Notes: generated by a model from the sequence alone, not told the origin. A stretch of 53,350 bases of DNA from an uncultured Anaerolineales bacterium (GCA_964586915.1 CAZPJP010000008.1:1-53350), one strand, 5' to 3'. Counted from the stretch's first letter, positions 20,693 to 30,783 are shown. A program made the numbers and translations.

Positions 20693-21457
20693 CTAACTGC
20701 GCCACCAGAATGCCAGAGCTAGCAATAGGAGCTCGGCAGCGAAGACCGATCCGGCCGCCAGCCAAGCCCGGGTACTGAGGGGACGAAGCTCCAGTCGCGT
20801 CGCCGACCAGTCAGGACGCACATAGCGCGGCACTAGCGCCAAGCCCGCGCCAACGCCAGCCAGGAACCCACCCAGGTGCCCCCACCAGCTGATCCCGGGG
20901 AGGAGCCCGATGCCGATGTTGATCAAGGCCAAGCGGCTCAACTGGCCCAGATATCCGCGTCCGCCGACAAGCACGTCACGGTATTTCCAGAAGTAGATCA
21001 CCAACGCGCCAAGCACGCCCATGATCGCCCCGGAAGCCCCCACCGTGGGCGTGCGATAAGGCGAAAAGAGCGTGACTAATACACCGCAGCCCAACAGCGA
21101 CAGCGCATAGATGATGAGCAACCGCTTAAGGCCAAAGAACCGCTCCATAAGGCTGCCCAGGCCATAGAAGGCATAGAGATTGAGCAGAATGTGAAGCAAG
21201 TCGGCATGAAGAAAGCCCGAAAGAACCAGGCGCCACACCTGTCGATGCGCCACGACCAGAATGGGCACCAGCGCACCGAAGTTGGTGATCATCCTTCCCA
21301 ACATCCGGTCGGCAGCAAAGACAAGCCCATTCAAACCGATCAGCACGTAGGTCGCCCGTGTCGAGAAACGGGGCAATGGGAGCCGGCGCGGCGCATAATC
21401 GGAACGCGGACCGCCTCCTGAGGAAGGATCCGGAACCGGACCACGGTCCACAGTCAC
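20693..21457 (-). CDS. Rhomboid-family intramembrane serine protease
   Basis: Six or more TM segments, WRL..S.FLH, catalytic GASGAIMG and a downstream H in GHLGGFLAG. Confidence 0.85.
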   Translation of the reverse strand: MTVDRGPVPDPSSGGGPRSDYAPRRLPLPRFSTRATYVLIGLNGLVFAADRMLGRMITNFGALVPILVVAHRQVWRLVLSGFLHADLLHILLNLYAFYGLGSLMERFFGLKRLLIIYALSLLGCGVLVTLFSPYRTPTVGASGAIMGVLGALVIYFWKYRDVLVGGRGYLGQLSRLALINIGIGLLPGISWWGHLGGFLAGVGAGLALVPRYVRPDWSATRLELRPLSTRAWLAAGSVFAAELLLLALAFWWRS

Positions 21458-22086
21458 GGCAGACTCACCTGTCTCGGATGGACCCGGTGGTGTTCGGCCT
21501 CCATAATACTCAATACCTGATCGACAGCCTCATCCAGCTCGCACGCGGCATTGATCACAACGTAGTCGAACTCGTCAAGGCGCTCCATCTCCTGACGAGC
21601 GGTCTCGATGCGGCGCTGAAGCTGTTCCGCCGATTCGGTCTTCCGCCGCCGCAACCGCTCGATGAGCTCCCTCTCAGAGGAAGCACTCAAGAAGATCAAG
21701 ATTGCCTCGGGAATCAAGCTCTTGATCGTTGCTGCGCCCTGCACGTCGAGTCGCATCACGACATCGTTGCCACTTGCCAGAGCATCTCGAACCTGCTGTT
21801 TAGGGATACCCTTGTATTGACCGTAGACGATCGCGTATTCGAGCAGGTCGTCGTTGGCGATCATGGTCTCAAACTCCTCCTGAGAAACGAAGAAGTAGTC
21901 CACGCCGTGGACCTCCTCGTGTCGGGGTGAGCGCGAAGTGGCCGTCACAACAAAGTGAAATCGGACCCCGCGAGACTTCATCCGCTCAACCAAACTATCC
22001 TTGCCCACACCCGACGGGCCGGAGATGACGACCAGCAGAGGAGGTGGCTCGAGATTGTAGGGGTCGAGTACGGCGTCGTCGGTCAT
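21454..22086 (-). CDS. gmk: Guanylate kinase
   Basis: P-loop ISGPSGVGKDS. TATSRSPR..E..G.DYFFVS..EF motif. GAGGAG lies 7 nt upstream of ATG 22086. The stop overlaps the rhomboid start by 4 nt. Confidence 0.93.
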   Translation of the reverse strand: MTDDAVLDPYNLEPPPLLVVISGPSGVGKDSLVERMKSRGVRFHFVVTATSRSPRHEEVHGVDYFFVSQEEFETMIANDDLLEYAIVYGQYKGIPKQQVRDALASGNDVVMRLDVQGAATIKSLIPEAILIFLSASSERELIERLRRRKTESAEQLQRRIETARQEMERLDEFDYVVINAACELDEAVDQVLSIMEAEHHRVHPRQVSLP

Positions 22087-22244
22087 GTGTTTGCTCCTCA
22101 GCACGATTCTCTTATAATGATACGGCCTTGGCCAATTCGCTGCCTGACTTGGCCGAGTTACTTTGAGTGAGGTGCGACCCCGGTCTGAAATGACCGGCTA
22201 TTTGAGCACGCCTACTATACCACAATTGATAGAGGAGAAGAAAA

Positions 22245-22700
22245 ATGCCGATCTATGAATACCGCTGCAAGGAGTGCGGACGGCGTTTCTCGGTATTCTG
22301 GCGCTCCTTCTCTGACGTGCAGGAGGAAAAGCTCAACTGCAAGCGCTGTGGAAGTACCGCTGTACACCGATTGGTGTCGCGTGTGCGCGTCGTCCGATCC
22401 GAAGACAGTCGCTTGGAGGACCTAGCCGATCCGAGTGCGTGGGGTGATTTCGACGAGAACGACCCTAAGAGCATGGGTAAGTTCATGCGCAAGATGATGA
22501 ATGAGATCGGCGATGAGGCTGGGGATCTTGGCCCAGAGTTCGAGGAGGTCATCGATCGCTTGGAAGCCGGTCAGGATCCCGAGAAGATTGAGGAGGATAT
22601 GCCAGATCTTATGGGCGAGATGGGCGAGGGCCCCGACGGCTTCGGCGGCGGTCCCGGAGGCGGAAGCGATATGTACAGCGCGTCCGACTTCGACGAGTAG
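22245..22700 (+). CDS. FmdB-family zinc-ribbon protein with acidic C-terminal tail
   Basis: MPIYEYRCKECG...CKRCGS CxxC-CxxC zinc ribbon. GAGGAG RBS present. Confidence 0.8.
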   Translation: MPIYEYRCKECGRRFSVFWRSFSDVQEEKLNCKRCGSTAVHRLVSRVRVVRSEDSRLEDLADPSAWGDFDENDPKSMGKFMRKMMNEIGDEAGDLGPEFEEVIDRLEAGQDPEKIEEDMPDLMGEMGEGPDGFGGGPGGGSDMYSASDFDE

Positions 22701-22733
22701 CTTGTTGGAGAGCCTTGGCCTCCGAGTCTCACG

Positions 22734-22759
22734 AGCCTGACAGTCCAGACGGTCAGGCT
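22734..22759 (+). terminator. Possible stem-loop terminator after the FmdB-like gene
   Basis: 8-bp stem agcctgac/gtcaggct with a 10-nt loop. The downstream U-tract is weak. Confidence 0.3.
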
Positions 22760-22853
22760 TACCTTGCACTAAGCTTGCCGCGCTCCAGGACGATACAATC
22801 GGGTGCCCGGCACGGCAGCTGGGTGGCCGAACCACTATAAGAAAGGAGTATCT

Positions 22854-23672
22854 ATGACGCAAGGCTCTCTCACACTCGAGGGCCGCTGGGCACTGATCCT
22901 TGGTGCGTCGAGCGGTTTTGGCGCTGCGACCGCGCGCGCGCTAGCCCGAGAGGGGATGCACATTTTGGGCGTCCATCTGGATCCGCGCCGGACGCTTGAT
23001 CGCGCCAAAGCCGTCATCCAAGACATCGAAGAGGCGGGAAGACAGGCCCTCTTTTTTAACACCAACGCGGCCGATACGCGACGGCGCCGTCGGGTGCTCG
23101 ACACCATCCGCGACACCCTGGAGGAGGATCCCTCTGGCCATATCCATATGATGGTTCACACGCTGGCATTCGGAAGCCTGCGCCCCTACATCAGCGAAGA
23201 TCCCGACGCAGCGGTGGCGGAAAGCCAGCTCGAGATGACGCTGCGGGTTATGGCTCATTCGTTAGTTTACTGGACCCAGGATCTGGTGCGTGCAGACCTG
23301 CTGGCAGAGGGCAGCCGGGTCTACTCAATGACAAGCATCGGCTCGCAACGCGTTTCTTCGCACTACGGACCGGTCTCGGCAGCCAAAGCAGCCCTTGAGG
23401 CGCACACCCGACAGCTGGCCGTGGAGCTCGCACCTCGCGGCATTGCAGTGAATTGCCTGATGCCCGGCGTCACCGATACCCCAGCTCTGCGGGCGATCCC
23501 GGGACGCGAGGAGATCCTCGACCAGGTGCGCACCTACCACCCCGCCGGTCGTTTGACCCAGCCCGAGGATGTAGCCCAGGCCCTCGTGACGCTGGCAGAC
23601 CCGCGCCTCACCTGGATTTCAGGCGCGGTCATCCCAGTGGACGGCGGCGAGGCCATCGTCGCCGCCGGCTGA
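22854..23672 (+). CDS. SDR-family oxidoreductase, enoyl-ACP-reductase-like (Y-x6-K)
   Basis: ILGASSGFGAA cofactor loop. YGPVSAAK has the Tyr-x6-Lys spacing of FabI/FabL-type enoyl reductases. AAAGGAG RBS before ATG 22854. Confidence 0.8.
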   Translation: MTQGSLTLEGRWALILGASSGFGAATARALAREGMHILGVHLDPRRTLDRAKAVIQDIEEAGRQALFFNTNAADTRRRRRVLDTIRDTLEEDPSGHIHMMVHTLAFGSLRPYISEDPDAAVAESQLEMTLRVMAHSLVYWTQDLVRADLLAEGSRVYSMTSIGSQRVSSHYGPVSAAKAALEAHTRQLAVELAPRGIAVNCLMPGVTDTPALRAIPGREEILDQVRTYHPAGRLTQPEDVAQALVTLADPRLTWISGAVIPVDGGEAIVAAG

Positions 23673-23695
23673 GTTCCGGTTGCGGTTGAGTTATG

Positions 23696-23723
23696 TTGAC
23701 ATTGCCATGACCCATGATACAAT
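23696..23723 (+). promoter_or_regulatory. Candidate sigma-70 promoter for rpsA-infA
   Basis: TTGACA (23696-23701), 16-nt spacer, then TGaTACAAT extended -10 (TACAAT 23718-23723). Confidence 0.5.
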
Positions 23724-23799
23724 ACGCTGAGTTTATCAGACCCGCCCAAGTTGCACACTACAAGTTTGCGTGCAAACCTGGGTGGAACAGGAGTCAGAT

Positions 23800-25485
23800 G
23801 TGGAAGAATTGAATCGTACCTCTGCGCCTTCTGAATCCGCAGAAGAAGCCATAGAGACCCCCGACACTGCGGAAACGTCCCAATCCGCTGAATCGAGCCC
23901 AACCCCACTTGCTTCGGAAGAAACACCGCCTCAGGAAGAGGCCCCTCAAGAGGATGCCTCTGGAGAGGAGGCCTCTGGAGAGGATGCCTCTACAGAGGAG
24001 GCCTCTAAAGAGGAGGCCTCTAAAGAGGAGGCCCCTGAAGAGAATGCCTCTGAAGAGAAAGCTTCTGCAGAAGGGGGTTCTTGGGAGGATCAGCTGGAGG
24101 AGTCGCTTGCTGGCAGCACCCTAAAGCGCGGCGAATTGCGCGAAGGTATCATTCTTGATCGTCGAAACGACGGGTTTGTCGTGGATATCGGCGCAAAGCG
24201 AGACGGCTTCGTGCCGTTTGACGACCTGAAGGAACTTGAGGAAAAGCGTGAGTTCAATATCGGGGATGAGATCCCCGTGATGGTCAAGCAGTTCCGAGAT
24301 TCCAGCGGCAACGTGGAACTCTCGATTTCTCAGGCCTTATTGCAGGAGGATTGGCTCAAGGCAGAGAAACTGCTGGAGAGCCAGGAAGTACTTGAGACCA
24401 AAGTCACGGGCTACAATCGTGGCGGCTTGACGGCGGAATTCGGACGCCTGCGAGGCTTCGTACCGATGTCCCAACTGATCGGCTTCAACCGCATTCGCCA
24501 ACCCGCAGAGCGGCAGCGCCGCCTGGAGTCTATGGTGGATGAGGAGATCCTGCTGAAGGTCATTGAAGTCAATCGTCAGCGCCGGCGACTGATTCTCTCG
24601 CAGCGAGCCGCGGCCCGGGAGTGGCGTAGCGCCCGGCGTGAGACTCTGCTCGAAGAGCTCGAAGCTGGTCAGGTGCGCCGAGGCCGTATCAGCCAGATCA
24701 CCGATTTTGGCCTCTTCGTCAACCTTGGAGGGATGGACGGCCTGGTGCACATCTCGGAGTTGTCCTGGGGCCGGATTGAGAATCCCGGTGAGATCTATCA
24801 TCCCGGCCAGCGCGTGAAGGTGAAGGTCCTGAACGTGGACCGTGAGCGCCAGCGCATTGCCCTGAGCATCAAAGCATTGGCGCCAGATCCTTGGGAAAGC
24901 GTCGTCGAGAGGTATCAGGTTGGCGACCTCGTAGAGGGTCATGTTACGCAGGTTGTGGACTTTGGCGTCTTCATCGAGTTGGAGCCCGGCGTGGAAGGCT
25001 TGCTCCACAACTCCGAGCTGCGCGATGTAGCGCAGCGGGAGGAGTTGTCCTCCGGGGATAGCATCCTCGTGAAGGTCATCCGCGTGGAACCGGATCGACG
25101 CCGTATAGGCTTGAGCGTCCGCCAGGTCCGCCCGAATGAATGGGAGGAGTGGGCCCTCGCTCAGCTCAGGGAGGAAGAGGCGGAGGAAGCCGCACAGACT
25201 GAGGAGGCCGAGGCCGTCACTGTTGTTGAGGAAGCAGCCCCAACAGAGGACGAGATGGTAGAGGAAGCCGCGGCCGAAGAGGCAGAAGATGAGGAAGCTG
25301 CACCGGCTGAGGAGGTCGAAGCTCAGGCTGAGGTAGTCGTCGTCGAGGAAGCAACCGCAATAGAGGACGAGACGGTAGAGGAGGCCGCGGCCGAAGAAGC
25401 AGAAGCCGCAGAGCCCGAGGAAGAGACAACAAGCGCTGAACCGCCTGAAGCGCCGGTCACAGGGGAAGCGGAGCCGGAGGCTTAG
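23800..25485 (+). CDS. rpsA: 30S ribosomal protein S1 with long acidic N- and C-terminal extensions
   Basis: Four S1 repeats (e.g. [41 protein letters not shown]). The ORF is open from GTG 23770, but GTG 23800 has AGGAG 6 nt upstream. Confidence 0.88.
   Translation: MEELNRTSAPSESAEEAIETPDTAETSQSAESSPTPLASEETPPQEEAPQEDASGEEASGEDASTEEASKEEASKEEAPEENASEEKASAEGGSWEDQLEESLAGSTLKRGELREGIILDRRNDGFVVDIGAKRDGFVPFDDLKELEEKREFNIGDEIPVMVKQFRDSSGNVELSISQALLQEDWLKAEKLLESQEVLETKVTGYNRGGLTAEFGRLRGFVPMSQLIGFNRIRQPAERQRRLESMVDEEILLKVIEVNRQRRRLILSQRAAAREWRSARRETLLEELEAGQVRRGRISQITDFGLFVNLGGMDGLVHISELSWGRIENPGEIYHPGQRVKVKVLNVDRERQRIALSIKALAPDPWESVVERYQVGDLVEGHVTQVVDFGVFIELEPGVEGLLHNSELRDVAQREELSSGDSILVKVIRVEPDRRRIGLSVRQVRPNEWEEWALAQLREEEAEEAAQTEEAEAVTVVEEAAPTEDEMVEEAAAEEAEDEEAAPAEEVEAQAEVVVVEEATAIEDETVEEAAAEEAEAAEPEEETTSAEPPEAPVTGEAEPEA
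23935..24069 (+). repeat. Nine tandem copies of a 15-nt unit (gaggaggcctctnnn) encoding E-E/D-A-S/P-x pentapeptides inside rpsA
   Basis: Units read directly: gaagaggcccctcaa, gaggatgcctctgga, gaggaggcctctgga, gaggatgcctctaca, gaggaggcctctaaa x2, gaggaggcccctgaa, gagaatgcctctgaa, gagaaagcttctgca. Confidence 0.85.
25222..25407 (+). repeat. Direct duplication (~69 nt copies, 117-nt period) in the acidic C-terminal tail of rpsA
   Basis: 25222-25290 aligns with 25339-25407 with few mismatches. The copies encode [23 protein letters not shown] and [23 protein letters not shown]. Confidence 0.7.
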
Positions 25486-25495
25486 AGCAGCTCGC

Positions 25496-25750
25496 ATGAA
25501 CGCTAAGAAAGATGACAAGATCGCCGTCGAGGGTACTGTTGTGGAGGCTCTCCCCGGTACCCAGTTCCGTGTCAAGCTAGAGACGGGCCACGAAGTGCTG
25601 GCTTATCTATCCGGTAAGATGCGCAAGTATTATATTCGCATCCTGCTTGGGGATCGCGTACGTGTCGAACTCTCCCCTTATGATCTCACACGAGGACGCA
25701 TCGTCTATCGTCATAAGAAGCAGCGGTCTGGGGAAGTTGACGAGGAATAG
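25496..25750 (+). CDS. infA: Translation initiation factor IF-1
   Basis: [62 protein letters not shown] is a near-canonical IF-1 S1-fold sequence. Confidence 0.95.
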   Translation: MNAKKDDKIAVEGTVVEALPGTQFRVKLETGHEVLAYLSGKMRKYYIRILLGDRVRVELSPYDLTRGRIVYRHKKQRSGEVDEE

Positions 25751-25816
25751 CCTTGGCTTAAGCTGAGGCGATCGTTCGAGCCTCAATCCGGCACTGCTGC
25801 CATTTGTTGATGTTGA

Positions 25817-25847
25817 GACGCCGGCCTTCAAAGGCCGGCGTCTTCTT
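25817..25847 (+). terminator. Rho-independent terminator after infA
   Basis: 10-bp GC-rich stem gacgccggcc/ggccggcgtc, loop ttcaaa, followed by ttctt. Confidence 0.8.
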
Positions 25848-25885
25848 ACCTAGTAGTGTTTGGTCGTGTGTGCAAGGGTGGTGCA

Positions 25886-26737
25886 ATGGACTTATATCAA
25901 GCGATACTAAACCGGCGTTCTGTCCGACGGTATGAGGATAAGCCTCTGGACAGGCAGAGCTTGCAGATGGTCGATGACATCGTGGACCACGCACAGCCTC
26001 TGGTGCCCGAAAACCGCTTCCGTGTGATGCGTCGTGATGTCGTCATCGGAGAGGATCTGATCGCGGCGATGGGGGGCTATGGACGCATCCTCACCCCGCC
26101 CCATTACATGGTGGCCTCTGCCGTTGGGGAGCTCACGCCACTCGTTGACCTGGGCTATCGTCTCGAACAGATGGCCGTCCAGATGGTGCAGATCGGCCTA
26201 AGTGTCTGCTTCATCGGCAGCTTAGGGCGCGAAGGCAATGTCCGTGTGCGGTTTCGGCTCAACAACGAGGCGCGAACCGGTGCCTTTCTCATTTTCGGGC
26301 ACGCGGCTCAAGCGAAGCCTGACAAAGCTATCGACGCTATGATCAGAAAGGCCTCCGGTGGCGGGACAAAACTGGCGCTTCAAGAGATCTTCTACGTGGA
26401 CGCCTTTGACCGACCCAGCACACCGCCGAGATCGCTCACCAGGATAATCGAGGCTGCACGTCGGGCGCCTTCCGCAAACAACGTACAGCCGTGGCGCTTC
26501 CTATGGAAGGACGAGAGGCTCTATCTCTTCCTGCAACGCCAGAACCCCCGCTACGGAAACAAGGCTGAGCTCCAGGAGTATCGCTATGTGGATGGAGGGG
26601 CCTGTATGGCAAACGTCAAGATGGCAGCGGAGACGCTGGGCCTCGTGGAAGATTGGTCCTTGATCAGGACTTCGACCGTGGGAGTGCCCGAGCACCCGGC
26701 AACGCTGGAGCCCTTGGCGAAATTGAAGCTCGGCTAG
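25886..26737 (+). CDS. Nitroreductase-family protein
   Basis: AILNRRSVRRY at the N-terminus and APSANNVQPWRF in the second half. Start set at MDLYQ (25886); the ORF is open from 25856. Confidence 0.82.
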   Translation: MDLYQAILNRRSVRRYEDKPLDRQSLQMVDDIVDHAQPLVPENRFRVMRRDVVIGEDLIAAMGGYGRILTPPHYMVASAVGELTPLVDLGYRLEQMAVQMVQIGLSVCFIGSLGREGNVRVRFRLNNEARTGAFLIFGHAAQAKPDKAIDAMIRKASGGGTKLALQEIFYVDAFDRPSTPPRSLTRIIEAARRAPSANNVQPWRFLWKDERLYLFLQRQNPRYGNKAELQEYRYVDGGACMANVKMAAETLGLVEDWSLIRTSTVGVPEHPATLEPLAKLKLG

Positions 26738-26827
26738 CGAGAGACTCCGAAGTCCGAATCGCCTAGACAGTCCGAACAGTGCGAGAAGCGGCAACCCAGC
26801 GGCGCACGGGTTGCAGGTGTCTATTCC

Positions 26828-28036
26828 TCAAGCGGCACGCACAGGCGTGATGGTGCCCTCCTCAACCCGAAAGGTCGTCGTGTGCTTGCGGAACTCCTCG
26901 GGGAACAACTCGGCATCGGTCGTAGCCAGGACGGTCTGTTCGACATCCCCCAGCAGATCGAGCAGATAGCCTCGACGGGCACGGTCCAACTCAGCTAGCA
27001 CCTCATCGAGAAGCAGCACCGGAGATTGACCGGTGAGACGTTGAAGCCAACGCAGCTCGGCTAAGTGGAGCGCCAGTACGGCGGTCCGCTGCTGACCGCG
27101 CGACCCAAAGGTACCCAGATCATGTCCCTCCGAAATGAAGCACACCTCATCGCGATGCGGCCCAACCAGGGTCATTCCTCTCTCTATCTCGTGGCTGCGT
27201 CGACGAGCCAGTGTCCGACGGTACGCTTCATAGAGCGCTTCCACATCAATCGTTGACTCCGAGTCTGCAGCGCCTTCTGATCGATCCACCGGCTCAGAAA
27301 GGCGTAGGGCCTCGAAATTGGGCGCGTATCGCAGCTGCAGCCCCGCGTGTCCACCGGTCAACTCCTTATGCAGTCGATCGACGTGCCCAGCTAACTCGCG
27401 TATGACCTGCTTGCGATAGAGCGAAACGGTGACGCCCGTCCGGACGATTCGCTCCTCCAGCGGAACCAATTGCTTTGCGTCGCCTCCCCGATCTCGCAGG
27501 TGGCGCAAGAGAGCGTTACGGCGGGAGACCGCCTTCTTGTACGCATCATAGACCTCGACATAGGTCGGGTAGACCTGAGAGAGCAGATTGTCCAGGTAGC
27601 GGCGGCGCCCAGAAGGAGAGCCGTGGACCAGCTCTAGGTCCTCGGGCAGAAAGAGGACGGTGTTCAAATGGCCGGCCAGGTCCGATATCCGCACCGACCG
27701 TTGGTCGATCCGGACGCTCTTCTGCATCCGGTGCCGTCCGTTCGAGAGCTGTTTACGCTCAAGGGCAATCTCCAGGGTCTGGATTTGGTCTCCCTTCACG
27801 ACCTCAGCTTTGAGATGGGCGAAGGGCATCTCCGCCTCCGCCGCATCCCAGGCGATGATATGCTGATCGGTGCTCGTCAGGGGAGAGGAGCCGAGCGCGA
27901 GGAACGCGATGGCCTCCAGCAGACTGGTCTTGCCTTGCGCATTGGCACCCAACAACAGGATGGGAGCTGGAGGCAAGGTCAGTTCCAGGCGATCATAGAT
28001 CCGGAACTGACGAAGGGCTAGGCTTCGGATATACAT
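26828..28036 (-). CDS. recF: DNA replication and repair protein RecF
   Basis: MYIRSLALRQFRIY, Walker A GANAQGKTSLLEA, SMC-like signature GSRGQQRT and Walker B LLLDEV. Confidence 0.93.
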   Translation of the reverse strand: MYIRSLALRQFRIYDRLELTLPPAPILLLGANAQGKTSLLEAIAFLALGSSPLTSTDQHIIAWDAAEAEMPFAHLKAEVVKGDQIQTLEIALERKQLSNGRHRMQKSVRIDQRSVRISDLAGHLNTVLFLPEDLELVHGSPSGRRRYLDNLLSQVYPTYVEVYDAYKKAVSRRNALLRHLRDRGGDAKQLVPLEERIVRTGVTVSLYRKQVIRELAGHVDRLHKELTGGHAGLQLRYAPNFEALRLSEPVDRSEGAADSESTIDVEALYEAYRRTLARRRSHEIERGMTLVGPHRDEVCFISEGHDLGTFGSRGQQRTAVLALHLAELRWLQRLTGQSPVLLLDEVLAELDRARRGYLLDLLGDVEQTVLATTDAELFPEEFRKHTTTFRVEEGTITPVRAA

Positions 28037-28100
28037 GGGAAGCGTATTGTAGCATGATGAAGGGGAAGCTCAAGAGATCGAGTGGCGAATCGCCAGATAG

Positions 28101-28128
28101 TTGCGGCAGCGTCCAATTGTGATATTGT
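28101..28128 (+). promoter_or_regulatory. Weak candidate promoter for glgP
   Basis: TTGCGG, 16-nt spacer, then TGaTATTGT. A 6+1+6 palindrome tggcga-a-tcgcca lies just upstream at 28083-28095. Confidence 0.3.
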
Positions 28129-28206
28129 AAGAGCTTGGATGGTTCGCTTCGGTCTCTCGAGAGGCAAACGGTGAGATGACCTCTCGTCGCTAGACAAGGA
28201 GTAAAG

Positions 28207-30783
28207 TTGATGAAGCCTAAGCCAATTCGCACCTTTTCCATTATCCCGTCACTTCCCGAGCCCCTGCAACCTCTGTGGAAGCTGGCATATAATCTCCGGT
28301 GGGCCTGGAAGCACGATATCATCGAACTGTTTCTGCGCCTTGACAGCGACCTCTGGGAGGAGACAAACCACAATCCTGTCCGCATGCTCGGCAAGATCGA
28401 TCAAGATCGGGTCGAAAAGCTAGCATCGGACGTGGGATTTATGGCCCACCTGGAACGCGTGTCCCGTTACCTCGATGAATACATGGACGAAAAGGACAGC
28501 ACCTGGTTTCAGCGCACCTACGGCGACGCACCACGACCGTTGATCGCTTACTTCTCACTTGAGTTCGGGCTGACCGAATCGCTGATGATCTTCGCCGGAG
28601 GGCTCGGGGTATTGGCCGGCGATCATCTGAAATCAGCCAGCGATCTGGGCCTCCCATTGGTCGGCGTAGGCCTCCTCTATCAGCAGGGGTATTTCCGCCA
28701 GTACCTCAATCAGGCAGGGTGGCAGCAGGAAGCCTATGAGGACAACCACTTTGACAACCTCCCACTCGTGCTGGAGAGGGACGAAGAGGGCGCTCCCCTC
28801 AAGATCGAGGTTCAGCTCCCCGGGCGGAAGGTGGTTGCGCAGATCTGGCGGGTGCAGGTAGGGCGGATCCCGCTTTATTTATTGGATACAAACATCTCTG
28901 AGAATACGCGACCCCAGGATCGCGATATCACTGACCAGCTCTACGGCGGCGATCAGGATCTGCGGATCAAGCAGGAGATCCTGCTCGGCGTGGGAGGATA
29001 CCGCGCGCTGGAGGCTTTGGGGTTGAATCCGTCTGTGTACCATATGAACGAGGGGCACTCGGCCTTCCTGGCGCTGGAGCGCATCCGGCACCTTATGATC
29101 GATCACAACCTGACCTTTATGGAGGCACGGGAGGCCGCTTCGGCCGGGTTCGTCTTCACCACGCACACACCGGTGTCGGCAGGGCACGATCGCTTCCCAC
29201 CGCACCTGATGCAGCACTATTTCCAAGAGTACGCCACACAGGTCTTGAAGCTGGATTGGAACGAGTTTATGTCGCTGGGACGTGAGAACCCCTTCGACCA
29301 CAACGAGCCATTCTGTATGACGATCCTGGCCATCCGGCTGTCGACGGACACAAATGGCGTGAGCGAACTCCATGGTGAGGTGACCCGTCAGATGTGGCAG
29401 GGTCTGTGGCCGGGCGTGCCGCAGGAGGAGATCCCTATCTCGCACGTGACCAACGGTGTGCACATCCTCTCCTTCATCTCACGGGATATGAAAGTGCTCT
29501 ACGATCGGTACCTCGGCCCGCGCTGGCGCGAGGAGCCCGGGGATCCGGACGTGTGGGAGCGTGCCGAGGGTATCGCGCCGGACGAGCTTTGGCGAACCCA
29601 CGAGCGCCGCCGAGAACGGTTGGTGGCCTTCACACGCACCCGCCTGCGGAAGCAACTGGAACAGCGAGGAGCCTCACCGAGCGACATCCGGGCGGCGGAG
29701 GAGGTCCTGGATCCCGAGGCGTTAACCATCGGGTTCGCTCGCCGCTTTGCAACCTATAAGCGTGCCACCTTGATTCTCCAGGAACCAGAGCGGCTGGAAA
29801 AGATCCTGAATGACCCCGATCGACCGGTTCAGATTATCTTCGTGGGCAAGGCCCATCCGCGCGACAATCCTGGCAAAGCGATGATCCAGGAGATCGTGAA
29901 CCTTGGGCGGCAGGATCGATTTCGCAATCGCATTGTCTTCCTCGAGGATTACGACATGATCATCGCCCGGTACCTGGTTCAGGGGTGCGATGTCTGGTTG
30001 AACAACCCCCGACGTCCGCGCGAGGCCAGCGGGACCAGTGGTATGAAAGCAGCGGCCAACGGCGTGCTGAATCTGAGCACCTTGGACGGGTGGTGGGCCG
30101 AGGCCTATACGCCCGAGGTCGGTTGGGCGATTGGGCGCGGAGAGGTCTATGAGGACGCGGATTACCAGGATCGCGTCGAAGCTCAGGCGCTCTACAATCT
30201 ACTGGAGCGCGATGTCGTGCCGATGTTCTACGAACGCACCGGACGTGTGCCCAGGCGCTGGGTCGATCAGATGAAGGCGAGCATCGGCTCGCTCTGCCAC
30301 TTCTTCAATACCAATCGGATGGTGGCAGAGTACACCAACCGTTTCTATATACCCCTTGCCGAACGCCAGCTCAGGCTGGTCGGGGACGACTTCGCCGTTG
30401 CCAAATCGTTAGCCAGCTGGCGACACCGTCTCGCCAGCAGTTGGTCGCAGATTCGGGTGGAGTCAACCAATGGCAATCCGCCGACTGAGTTGCGCGTGGG
30501 GCAGACCTTCAGGACCGAGGCGCGCGTCTACTTAGGAGACGCCGAGCCTGAGGATGTCTGCGTGGAGCTCTACGTGGGGCTGATCAACCCCGGCGGAGAG
30601 CTGGTGCAGGGGCAGGCCGTGACGATGCAGGTTGTAGAGGAATTGGGCAGCAAACACTACCTATACGAAGCGGAAGCGGAGTGTGGGATGAGCGGCCTAC
30701 ACGGCTACACTGTGCGCGTCTTACCCTACCACCCCGATCTCGTGACGCTCTTCCAGCCCGGCTTTATCCGCTGGGCGGGCTGA
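28207..30783 (+). CDS. glgP: Alpha-glucan phosphorylase (GT35, maltodextrin/glycogen phosphorylase, 'alpha-glucan family' type)
   Basis: EASGTSGMKAAANG pyridoxal-phosphate Lys motif and GGLGVLAGDHLKSASDLG N-terminal motif. 858 aa. AAGGAG RBS; the start is TTG 28207 or ATG 28210. Confidence 0.92.
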   Translation: MMKPKPIRTFSIIPSLPEPLQPLWKLAYNLRWAWKHDIIELFLRLDSDLWEETNHNPVRMLGKIDQDRVEKLASDVGFMAHLERVSRYLDEYMDEKDSTWFQRTYGDAPRPLIAYFSLEFGLTESLMIFAGGLGVLAGDHLKSASDLGLPLVGVGLLYQQGYFRQYLNQAGWQQEAYEDNHFDNLPLVLERDEEGAPLKIEVQLPGRKVVAQIWRVQVGRIPLYLLDTNISENTRPQDRDITDQLYGGDQDLRIKQEILLGVGGYRALEALGLNPSVYHMNEGHSAFLALERIRHLMIDHNLTFMEAREAASAGFVFTTHTPVSAGHDRFPPHLMQHYFQEYATQVLKLDWNEFMSLGRENPFDHNEPFCMTILAIRLSTDTNGVSELHGEVTRQMWQGLWPGVPQEEIPISHVTNGVHILSFISRDMKVLYDRYLGPRWREEPGDPDVWERAEGIAPDELWRTHERRRERLVAFTRTRLRKQLEQRGASPSDIRAAEEVLDPEALTIGFARRFATYKRATLILQEPERLEKILNDPDRPVQIIFVGKAHPRDNPGKAMIQEIVNLGRQDRFRNRIVFLEDYDMIIARYLVQGCDVWLNNPRRPREASGTSGMKAAANGVLNLSTLDGWWAEAYTPEVGWAIGRGEVYEDADYQDRVEAQALYNLLERDVVPMFYERTGRVPRRWVDQMKASIGSLCHFFNTNRMVAEYTNRFYIPLAERQLRLVGDDFAVAKSLASWRHRLASSWSQIRVESTNGNPPTELRVGQTFRTEARVYLGDAEPEDVCVELYVGLINPGGELVQGQAVTMQVVEELGSKHYLYEAEAECGMSGLHGYTVRVLPYHPDLVTLFQPGFIRWAG

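Noticed and set aside
23935-24069. Regularly spaced 15-nt repeats that might be mistaken for a CRISPR-like or minisatellite array.
   Set aside because: The units are contiguous with no spacers. They are in frame within rpsA and encode an acidic pentapeptide repeat. No cas genes are present.
24337-25575. 412-aa ORF antisense to rpsA. Similar long antisense ORFs occur at 47135-48154 opposite leuS, 42163-42852 opposite the ttcA-like gene, 41404-41997 opposite rfbB and 5791-6465 opposite the ABC ATPase.
   Set aside because: Stop-poor antisense frames are expected in high-GC coding DNA. The translations are Arg/Leu/Gly/Pro-rich low-complexity sequence with no motifs. The opposite strands encode unmistakable conserved proteins.
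26791-26814. 7-bp hairpin (gcaaccc/gggttgc) between the convergent nitroreductase and recF genes, as a bidirectional terminator.
   Set aside because: The stem is short, the loop is 10 nt and there is no U-tract on either strand. Support is too weak to list it as a feature.
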